Below, one piece after another: positions 54,243 through 64,000 of a stretch of 64,000 nucleotides of DNA; within the stretch, counting starts at the first letter, position 1, and each line of letters opens with the position of its first letter. Location: NCBI GenBank assembly GCA_963707505.1, contig CAVPQB010000003.1, positions 128,001 to 192,000 on the forward strand. The letters are read 5' to 3'. The notes under the pieces were generated by a model. It saw only the letters and a program-made list of their open reading frames with translations, ran no database searches and was not told the DNA's origin. This DNA is from an uncultured Gemmatimonadales bacterium (GTDB taxonomy: Bacteria; Gemmatimonadota; Gemmatimonadetes; Gemmatimonadales; Gemmatimonadaceae). Position numbers and translations under genes: made by a program.

Positions 54243-56771
54243 TTGCGAGAGAGTAGTCTAGGCCTGACGGGCGTACTCGCCGATCGTTATGAGATCCAGC
54301 GCGAGATTGGCCGCGGTGGCATGGCCACGGTTTACCTCGCGCACGACCTGCGGCATGATTCCACTGTCGCGATCAAGGTGCTGCACCTGGAGCTCGCGGC
54401 ATTTGTGGGCCACGCGCGTTTCGATCGCGAAATCCAGATCACCGCCCGGCTGCAGCATCCGAACATCCTCGCCATATTCGACTCCGGCCGTGCTGGCGAC
54501 TTGCCCTTCTACGTCACACCGTACATCGAAGGGGAGTCACTGGCCGAGAGGCTGGCTCGCGAAAAGCAGCTCCCCCTGGATGACGCGCTGGGTATGGCGT
54601 GCGAGATTGCAGATGCGCTCGCCTATGCACATGCGCGCGGAATCGTCCATCGAGATATCAAGCCCGCGAACATCCTTCTCACGCACGGGCATGCAGTCGT
54701 CGCCGATTTCGGAATTGCTCATATCGCGGAGTCGAATCGTGACGGCAAGCTTACCGACAGCGGCTTCGCGGTCGGCACCGTTGCATACATGAGTCCCGAA
54801 CAAGCATCCGGCGGCGCCGTCGACGGACGCAGCGACATCTACGGTCTGGGCTGTGTTCTGTACGAGATGCTCGCTGGCCAGCCACCGTTCAGCGGCGCAA
54901 ATCCACAGGCGGTGATTGCAAGACACATGGTCGACCCTCCTCCACCGCTACGAGGTGTGCGCCCCTCTGTGAGCCCCGCGCTGGAGGCGGTCGTGTACAA
55001 GGCTATCGCCAAGGCGCCGGCCGATCGCTTCACCAACGCCGCTGAATTCAGAGATGCGCTCAAGCGGATGACCGCCCCGGCACCGGATGGTTCGGTAACT
55101 GGACGACACGCCGCGTGGTGGCGCAGCCGCCGATTGTGGCTCGGCGGTGGTGTTGGCCTTGTCGCCATACTCATCATGTTACTTGCACTGAACGGCCGGT
55201 GGATTCTATCCCGCCACGGAAGGACAGCTGATTCGTCGGGTCCACCCAATCTGGCGGACATCGCGGTGCTGTACTTCGACGACAACAGCCCCAGGCACGA
55301 CATGGGCTATCTCGCAAGCGGGCTCACCGATGAGTTGATCCGCGAGCTCAGCGCCGTACCTGCATTGCATGTCATCTCGCGCGATGGCGTGCTCCCCTTC
55401 CGCGATCATCCAGTCGGACTCGACAGCCTCGTATCTGCACTACACGTGGGAACAGTGCTCACCGGTAGCGTACAGAAATCTGGTGCCCACGTTCGCATCA
55501 ATGCGGAGCTGATCGATGCCATGACTGGAGACCATCTCGACAGTCGGACGATCGAGCACCCAATCGCAGATCTGTTCGCACTCGAGGATGATGTTTCGCA
55601 ACAGGTTGTGACCATGCTCCGGACCCGGCTCGGGCGGCAACTTCGCGTGCAACAGACTCAGGAAGGTACGTCGAGTGTGCCGGCACGTGAGCTTCTGTTG
55701 CGCGCAGCCGAAGCGCGCGATGCAGCCGCAACGATTGCAACGGACAGTCATGCGGGCAACACACAGGACGCAATCGGTTTTCTCCAGCGGGCCGATTCGC
55801 TTCTCGCACAGGCAGAAACGGCGGATCCGCAGTGGATTCAACCCGTAATCGCGCGTGGCTGGCTGGCGTGGAGCATCGCCAGGCTACTGCCGGAATCTGC
55901 AGGCGCACGGCAGCTCGCGTTGGCACGCGATTACGCCCATGATGCGGTTCGTCGGGCACCACGTGATGCGGAGGCTTTGGAGCTACAGGGCACTGTCTAC
56001 TGGGAACTTGCGAAGGCAGCGAGGGGCTCGGGCGCCGCACCGTACGTGATCTCCGCAGAACGGGACCTCCGATCCGCTGTCGGCATCCAGCCCACGCTCG
56101 CACGGAGTTGGGGCACACTGAGCGCGGTGTTGCGCTTCAAGGGCGACGCCGCAGAAGCGAATGTCGCCGCGCGACGCGCGCTTGAGGAGGATGCGTTCCT
56201 GCAGGATGCACCGTCGATTCTCGAAGCGCTCTACACGAGCGAACAACTACTCGGCGATTACGCATCTGCGCGGGAATCCTGCGATAACGGGCACCGCAGG
56301 TACCCAGCGGACTGGCGTTTCGTTCAGTGCAGGCTCACGCTAATGTCAGTCGATACAACTGCCGCCAATCCCAGGGAGGCATGGGCCCTCGTTGCCAAGC
56401 TGGACGCGATGGACCCCCCGGCGCAAGCGGCTGCGACCCGCGATCCGTACAATCCGATCTACTGGCGGATGGTCGCCGCACTCGTCTCCGCGCGAGCCGG
56501 ACAGCGCGATACCGCGCGCGCCGTTATCGCATGGGCGACACGCAAAGTCGGCAATGATCCGGCACTGCGGCTCGACCTGAACTATGACGAAGCGTGCGTT
56601 AGACTTGCACTCGGCCAACCTGACGTGGCGTTGCGCTTGCTGACCGAGTACACGAAGGCACGCCCGACTCTCAAATCATACATCGGTCGTGATCCCCATT
56701 TCGCCGCGTTGCGGAACAACCCTACGTTCGCGCCAAAGTTCACAGCGATGATTCAAACTCCAACAAGGTAA
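54243..56771 (+). CDS. Hanks-type Ser/Thr kinase with TM, TolB-N-like and TPR-like domains
   Basis: GRGGMATVY, AIK, HRDIKPANI, DFG and SPE motifs; a TM segment; IAVLYFD..ASGLTDELI; helical C-terminus. GGAGAGGA precedes the TTG start. Confidence 0.92.
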   Translation: MRESSLGLTGVLADRYEIQREIGRGGMATVYLAHDLRHDSTVAIKVLHLELAAFVGHARFDREIQITARLQHPNILAIFDSGRAGDLPFYVTPYIEGESLAERLAREKQLPLDDALGMACEIADALAYAHARGIVHRDIKPANILLTHGHAVVADFGIAHIAESNRDGKLTDSGFAVGTVAYMSPEQASGGAVDGRSDIYGLGCVLYEMLAGQPPFSGANPQAVIARHMVDPPPPLRGVRPSVSPALEAVVYKAIAKAPADRFTNAAEFRDALKRMTAPAPDGSVTGRHAAWWRSRRLWLGGGVGLVAILIMLLALNGRWILSRHGRTADSSGPPNLADIAVLYFDDNSPRHDMGYLASGLTDELIRELSAVPALHVISRDGVLPFRDHPVGLDSLVSALHVGTVLTGSVQKSGAHVRINAELIDAMTGDHLDSRTIEHPIADLFALEDDVSQQVVTMLRTRLGRQLRVQQTQEGTSSVPARELLLRAAEARDAAATIATDSHAGNTQDAIGFLQRADSLLAQAETADPQWIQPVIARGWLAWSIARLLPESAGARQLALARDYAHDAVRRAPRDAEALELQGTVYWELAKAARGSGAAPYVISAERDLRSAVGIQPTLARSWGTLSAVLRFKGDAAEANVAARRALEEDAFLQDAPSILEALYTSEQLLGDYASARESCDNGHRRYPADWRFVQCRLTLMSVDTTAANPREAWALVAKLDAMDPPAQAAATRDPYNPIYWRMVAALVSARAGQRDTARAVIAWATRKVGNDPALRLDLNYDEACVRLALGQPDVALRLLTEYTKARPTLKSYIGRDPHFAALRNNPTFAPKFTAMIQTPTR

Positions 56772-57240
56772 GAGCCTCGAGAGCACCACTACGCCGGATA
56801 CTCGTAAGCATGCGGCTTGTCGAGTCGGGCATGTGCAACATTGCCGCCACGCTGGTGTGATTGAAGGCTTTTCGCATTCGGACGGCCTCACTCACTGTCG
56901 CCATACGCGTATAGTAGGGCAACACGAATTTCTCGACCGCCGCCTCACTCCAGAATGCCGCATCGAACCGCACCGCGATGTCCGGCACGGGCTTTCCATC
57001 CGACGTGACCAGTGCAGGCTCGAGCGTGATCGAACGCAGTCGCGTTCGTTGCGGAACAGAATTGTTGGTCATGCACTCGAAGACAACTTCATCAGCATGG
57101 GGACGGTCCTGCGTGACCACAGGCCCGTCTGTTCCCCAGACCACATACGCCGGAACGTCGCGGACTCCGTCCACGGCCTCGGCGAGCCGGCGCAGGTCGC
57201 CGGCCGTCATTCGTCGCGCTTCCACATGCACATCCTCCAC
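56740..57240 (-). CDS. Hypothetical protein (DAAFWSEAAVEKFVLPYY motif)
   Basis: 166-aa ORF with protein-like composition filling the gap between the kinase and ftsB; start uncertain. Confidence 0.65.
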   Translation of the reverse strand: MEDVHVEARRMTAGDLRRLAEAVDGVRDVPAYVVWGTDGPVVTQDRPHADEVVFECMTNNSVPQRTRLRSITLEPALVTSDGKPVPDIAVRFDAAFWSEAAVEKFVLPYYTRMATVSEAVRMRKAFNHTSVAAMLHMPDSTSRMLTSIRRSGALEALTLLEFESSL

Positions 57241-57365
57241 TTAGAGATGGATGCATCGGGCACTGCGGATGCTGAATGCTACCCGTCCCCACGCCGAGCC
57301 GCCAGTACGCGGCGTCGAGCATTTACGCCAGGTGATCAGCCGTTTGCCGCCCTGTCGCGGCGAGC

Positions 57366-57656
57366 TTACGGCTTTACGGTCGCTGAATCCTGAATGAAAC
57401 GGTAAAGAATCTCGTTCCCCCGAATCATCCCGAACTCTTCCCGCGCGATCCGCTCCTGCGTCGCCGGATCGGTGCGAACCATCTTTTCCGCCTGCGTCAA
57501 CGAATCGACCATGTGCTGGAGCGAATCGCCGCGTGCCGCGAGCTCCGAGATGCGGCGATGCTGGCGCACGATATCGAGTGTGCTGTACTCCCCCGCCTGC
57601 AGAGCGAACACGAGCGCGCCCACGATGAGCGCACCCCAGATCAGCCGTCCACGCAT
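57366..57656 (-). CDS. ftsB: FtsB/DivIC septum formation initiator
   Basis: TM plus coiled coil plus ERIAREEFGMIRGNE, downstream of eno. Confidence 0.85.
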   Translation of the reverse strand: MRGRLIWGALIVGALVFALQAGEYSTLDIVRQHRRISELAARGDSLQHMVDSLTQAEKMVRTDPATQERIAREEFGMIRGNEILYRFIQDSATVKP

Positions 57657-57668
57657 CAGTGGTAACGC

Positions 57669-59687
<2,019 letters not shown>

Positions 59688-59688
<1 letters not shown>

Positions 59689-60638
59689 CACGCGACCCGG
59701 AAGTGATCGTAGCCGCGCGGCTCGATTTCCAGCCGCTTGCCCTGCGACGTTACAACGACTCCGGGCTCGCCATCGGAAACGCTCCCGATCGCAGTCAACG
59801 ACACACCGAACCTCTTTCTGAATGCGTCGCAATCGAGCGGAATCGCCGACGTGAGCAACAGCTCGTACTCCTCGCCGCTCTGCACTGCAGCAACAGGGTC
59901 GACACCTTCGATTACCGGAACGCGATCGAGATCCAGCGTCATGTGCACGTTGCTCGCGGCGGCGACGTGCGCCGCGTCGGCCAGTAGTCCATCGGAGATG
60001 TCGATCGCGGCACGCGCACCACGTCCCGCTGCCCAGAGTGCTTCGCGCAATCGAGCATGAGGGTTGACGAACCGATCACGCCACGTCGCAAGCACCGGCG
60101 CTCCATCGATCAACGCGCGCACTGCGGCAGCGGGACCGCCGAACACGCCAGTTACATACACGTGATGCCCGGCACGTGCGGCGTCGCGCCGCAATGGGTC
60201 GCGCGTGTTTCCGAACGCTGTGATTGTAAGTGACAGTACCGCGCTCCGCGCAGTATCTCCGCCAAAGATCCGGACGCCGGCGGCAACAGCTGCGCGCGCA
60301 ATCCCGTCGCCGAGCGCATCGAGGTTATCTCGCGATTCCGGCGGCGTTGCAAGCGCGACGAGAATTCCCATGCCGCTCGCCCCCATGGCCGCAAGATCAC
60401 TGAGCGCGGCAGTCGTAGCACGATAGCCGATCTCTTCCAGCGTCAACCAATCTCGACGAAAGTGAACGTTGTCCACGGCAGTATCGGTGCTCATCGCGAG
60501 CATGTTGTCGCGCGGGACGTGAATCAGTGCGGAGTCATCGCCAATGCCCACCGCCAGCGAACCGAATCGGCGAATCAGCCGCCGGATGAATCTGAACTCC
60601 TCTCCCGGCCCAAACGCAATCTCGCCCCCGTGCGTCAC
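59688..60638 (-). CDS. thiL: Thiamine-monophosphate kinase
   Basis: GIGDDSA, LSDLAAMG, GGDT, IDISDGL and GEEYEL motifs. GTG 60638 overlaps the nnr stop. Confidence 0.93.
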
Positions 60639-62128
60639 GAAAGCCCGGGCAGCGACGCAAGAATCGGATACTGCGACGGTGCGCTGTCGACCGGCCACGC
60701 CTGCGGTAAACGGTCCAGCACGTCCGTCAGACGATAGCCCCGCACCCCCGGCGTGAGCTCTGCGGCACGCCCGTGCACCCAGGCAGCGCACGCAGCCGCA
60801 ACTCCCGGCACGCATCCCTGAGCAAGCAACGTCGCGACGATACCGCCGAGCGCGTCGCCGCTGCCTCCGGTGGCGAGCGCCGCCGTACCGGACGCGATCA
60901 CGTACCGCGTACCGTCCGGACTGGACACGACGGTTGGCGTTCCCTTGAGTAGGACAGTCGCATCAATTTTTCTTGATACGCCCAGCCCGATCTCGAAGCG
61001 ATTGTCTGTCACGTACTTGACATCGCGGCCTGTAAGACGCGATAGCTCGCCGGGATGCGGCGTGATGATCGCCGGTCGTCCGCTCAACACTTCGCGCAGC
61101 GCATTCAGGTCGTCGGCATATGCACTAAGCGCGCCGGCATCGACCACAATCGGGCCACGCCAGTCCCTCATGAGTCCACGGATCAGGTCGCGCGTGGCGT
61201 CGTCAGTGCCGAGTCCCGGACCGATGAGCACGGCATCGGCCCAGTGCTGAATGGTCGACGACGCCTTCGCGAGCGGCGCGACGAGCGCTTCAGGAATACG
61301 AGTATGCATCGGGGCGACGTTGCCGGCGGCCGTACTCACCTGAACCAATCCGGCACCGCTTCTTAGCGCACCGGTCGCTGCCATGATCGCCGCACCGCCC
61401 ATGTTGTCGCCACCTGCAACAACGGCGACGCTCTTGCGCGTTCCCTTGTGCGCGTCGGGCGCAATGCGCGGAACGTTGTCGTGCACAAAGGCAGCGTCGA
61501 TGAGCACCGGAAGATTGGCTGGCAACGCACCAAGGCCGATGTCGACGACTACGATCTCGCCGCACGCCGCGCGAGAGATGAGACTCCCGCGCTTGCAACT
61601 GCCGAAGCTGATCGTGAGGTCAGCTACCACACTATCCTTCTCCGCACCGTGCGTCGCATTGACACCTGTCGGCAGGTCCAGCGCGATCACCGTGGCGCCG
61701 TCATGCCTGGCGCGTGCTATGTCGCGCGCGGCGTTCAAAATCACGCCGCGAAGTTCGCCGGTGCTGCCGGTGCCGAGCATCGCGTCGACCACGACGCCGG
61801 ATACGAGGGGATCAGTACTGACGAGCCCGCTCACCTGCGCGCGTTCGGCTATCGCGTCCGCCGTGCGAGCCTGCACGATCTCGCGAACCCTTACCTTCAC
61901 GCCGGCGGCGGCGAGTGCCGATGCCAGGGCCCAGCCGTCGCCGCCGTTGTTGCCGGGACCCGTGACTACCGTCGCACCTCGTCGCAGCTGATCCGGGTAT
62001 TTGGCGCAGATTACCGATGCTGCATTGAACGCAGCCGCGCGCATCAGTGCACGCGACGGAACCCCTCCCGCTATCGCAGCCGCATCCAGAGCGGCTGATT
62101 CTTCACCATCTACGACGCGAACCGGCAT
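60635..62128 (-). CDS. nnr: Bifunctional NAD(P)HX epimerase/dehydratase
   Basis: GPGNNGGDG, VDAMLGTG, DLPTG, GPGLG, TPHPGE and LATGGSGD motifs. Confidence 0.93.
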   Translation of the reverse strand: MPVRVVDGEESAALDAAAIAGGVPSRALMRAAAFNAASVICAKYPDQLRRGATVVTGPGNNGGDGWALASALAAAGVKVRVREIVQARTADAIAERAQVSGLVSTDPLVSGVVVDAMLGTGSTGELRGVILNAARDIARARHDGATVIALDLPTGVNATHGAEKDSVVADLTISFGSCKRGSLISRAACGEIVVVDIGLGALPANLPVLIDAAFVHDNVPRIAPDAHKGTRKSVAVVAGGDNMGGAAIMAATGALRSGAGLVQVSTAAGNVAPMHTRIPEALVAPLAKASSTIQHWADAVLIGPGLGTDDATRDLIRGLMRDWRGPIVVDAGALSAYADDLNALREVLSGRPAIITPHPGELSRLTGRDVKYVTDNRFEIGLGVSRKIDATVLLKGTPTVVSSPDGTRYVIASGTAALATGGSGDALGGIVATLLAQGCVPGVAAACAAWVHGRAAELTPGVRGYRLTDVLDRLPQAWPVDSAPSQYPILASLPGLS

Positions 62129-62146
62129 TGATTCGTCGGACGCGGG

Positions 62147-62533
62147 TCAGACGAGCGCCTTGCCGTTCCACGGATAGCGACGCTCGAACGCCTCGACAAA
62201 ATCGTACACGTCGCTGAACTGGTCGCGCGTATCGGTGGGCTGACTCGCGAGAAACCCCAGATCCACCAACGTGAATACGACTGATCCAATGTCGTCTGTA
62301 GAGGCGATACCCCATCGCTCGAGCACCACACGCGCCATGATCCCATACCGGTCGATCGCGAGATCGCGGCATGCAATGGCGAGCTCCCTTCCGGTAATGT
62401 GACGCCGTACCTGCAGCTGCGCCTGAGAATATTCCAGCGCGGCGAGAACGAACAGATATGCACCTTCCTCATACCTCGATTCGCGTTGCCGAATCTGCTC
62501 CATCACGCCATCGCGAAACGCGAGATCCGCCAT
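62147..62533 (-). CDS. Conserved hypothetical protein (Minf_1886-like)
   Basis: RY...AYLFV..AL..RHITGREL..YG.MAR.VL..WGI..T.D.G..VF pattern, recognised from memory; coupled to glyA (TGATG). Confidence 0.65.
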   Translation of the reverse strand: MADLAFRDGVMEQIRQRESRYEEGAYLFVLAALEYSQAQLQVRRHITGRELAIACRDLAIDRYGIMARVVLERWGIASTDDIGSVVFTLVDLGFLASQPTDTRDQFSDVYDFVEAFERRYPWNGKALV

Positions 62534-63825
62534 CAGGCCTCATCCCGTTCTGCAAAGCTTCCCGGATACAACGGGAAGCGATCCGTGAGCGCGCGGACCT
62601 CTGCGCGAACTTCGCTCGACACCATGGCATCTTCGGGTGCCTTTGCAACGCGATCGATCAGCCCTGCGATCTGTCGCATCTCCGCTTCGCGCATTCCGCG
62701 CGTCGTGACCGCTGGAGTTCCAATGCGGACTCCGCTCGTCACGAATGGCGACTGCGTTTCCTTCGGAACGGTGTTCTTGTTGACGGTGATTGCGGCGCGA
62801 TCCAGCGCCTGCTCCAGCACCTTGCCCGTCAATCCGCGATTGCGCAGATCGACCAACATGAGATGCGTGTCGGTGCCACCCGACACGATGTCCATGCCGC
62901 GATCCGCGAGCGCACCGGCGAGTGTCTGCGCATTTGCAATGATCTGCGCGCAGTACGTCCTGAACGACGGCTCCAGAGCTTCCTTGAGTGCAATCGCCTT
63001 CGCCGCTATGACGTGCTCGAGCGGGCCACCCTGCGTCCCGGGAAACATCGCCTTGTCGATCGCCTTCGCGTGCTCTGCCTTGCACAGAATGAGACCTCCG
63101 CGTGGACCGCGCAGCGTCTTGTGCGTCGTGGTGGTGACGGCGTCTGCGTATGGAACCGGTGACGGATGCAGTCCCGTTGCAACAAGTCCGGCGATGTGCG
63201 CCATGTCGACGAACAGCTTTGCACCGACCTCCTGCGCGATTTCAGCGAATGCGGCGAAATCGATTGTACGTGCGTACGCGCTTGCGCCCGCGATGATCAT
63301 CTTCGGACGGCGCTCGCGCGCAATGGAGCGGAGCATGTCGTAGTCGATGTAACCAGCGTCGTTCACACCGTAGTGAATCGCGTCGTACAACAGACCCGAG
63401 AAATTGACCGGCGATCCGTGCGTGAGATGCCCGCCCTGCGACAGATCCAGACCAAGCACCAGATCGCCCGGCTTGAGGAAGGCGAGATACACGGCTGCGT
63501 TCGCCTGTGCACCCGAGTGAGGCTGCACGTTCGCGTGCTCGGCGCCGAACAGCTCCTTCGCGCGGTCGATCGCAATCTGCTCGACACGATCCACCACTTC
63601 GCAGCCACCATAGTAGCGCTTGCCGGGAAGCCCTTCGGCGTACTTGTTGGTGAGCGGAGTTCCCATCGCCTGAAGGACGGCGAGCGAGACGAAGTTCTCG
63701 CTCGCAATGAGCTCGAGACCGTGGCGCTGGCGCTCGGTCTCTTCGATGATCAGACGTGCGATATCCGGATCAAAATCCCAGACCGCACTCAGCTCGCCGG
63801 TTGCCGGCATGGTGGACACGCTCAT
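62533..63825 (-). CDS. glyA: Serine hydroxymethyltransferase
   Basis: [26 protein letters not shown] and [14 protein letters not shown] motifs. Likely start at ATG 63825. Confidence 0.97.
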   Translation of the reverse strand: MSVSTMPATGELSAVWDFDPDIARLIIEETERQRHGLELIASENFVSLAVLQAMGTPLTNKYAEGLPGKRYYGGCEVVDRVEQIAIDRAKELFGAEHANVQPHSGAQANAAVYLAFLKPGDLVLGLDLSQGGHLTHGSPVNFSGLLYDAIHYGVNDAGYIDYDMLRSIARERRPKMIIAGASAYARTIDFAAFAEIAQEVGAKLFVDMAHIAGLVATGLHPSPVPYADAVTTTTHKTLRGPRGGLILCKAEHAKAIDKAMFPGTQGGPLEHVIAAKAIALKEALEPSFRTYCAQIIANAQTLAGALADRGMDIVSGGTDTHLMLVDLRNRGLTGKVLEQALDRAAITVNKNTVPKETQSPFVTSGVRIGTPAVTTRGMREAEMRQIAGLIDRVAKAPEDAMVSSEVRAEVRALTDRFPLYPGSFAERDEA

Positions 63826-64000
63826 CTCAACTACGACCTCTGGAAAACGGACGGAACAGCTCGCCGCGCCAGCGTGGACCGGGTGATCCACACTGGCGGA
63901 CGAGAATTATCGAGCTACACCGCTCTACGTTGCGACCTCACGACTTGCGCGGCCACTGGGGCCACGTGCGCATCATTGAATTTACAGCCTGTAGCCGCCG

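Noticed and set aside
54013..57365. Intact integrative element or prophage at tRNA-Met
   Set aside because: No integrase, phage genes or duplicated tRNA 3' end found; kept only as a possible relic.
63826..64000. Known riboswitch or rpiB end upstream of glyA
   Set aside because: No recognisable aptamer consensus or RpiB-like translation by eye.

Overview
GC-rich bacterial chromosome segment, probably Gemmatimonadota. This is an inference from gene content: type-2 IleRS, DivIVA alongside TolC/LspA, a kinase-TM-TPR receptor, and DUF4388/Che genes next to ileS. It is mostly housekeeping. Contents: (1) the dcw cluster rsmH-ftsL-ftsI-murE-murF-mraY-murD-ftsW-murG, cut at the left edge; (2) a secreted TPR protein and tRNA-Val; (3) one tightly packed minus-strand run, yggS-divIVA-ileS-dksA/traR-lspA-rluD-cheW-cheY-cheA-cheC-orf-DUF4388/TPR-cheR-cheB-TPR, containing a chemosensory-like module with no receptor in the window; (4) sahR-like regulator plus ahcY; (5) tilS-hpt-ftsH-folP-cdaA-DUF2723; (6) a TolC/MFP/RND efflux operon; (7) cyclase-HAD-gnd-zwf-lytic transglycosylase; (8) hypothetical-fahA-SET-M13 peptidase-apaG; (9) two tRNA(CAT) genes followed by 11-bp direct repeats, a receptor Ser/Thr kinase and a convergent unknown protein; (10) glyA-orf-nnr-thiL-plsC-eno-ftsB. 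No transposase, integrase, prophage or CRISPR array was seen. Single-base frameshifts in ftsI, ahcY, cheB and possibly murD suggest sequencing indels. The best candidates for novelty are the receptor-less Che/DUF4388/TPR module, the tRNA-linked kinase plus unknown protein pair, repeated domain trimming (notably MurE), two genes that need non-canonical starts, and a GIHH-motif IleRS. All calls are by eye from motifs; no database searches were run.
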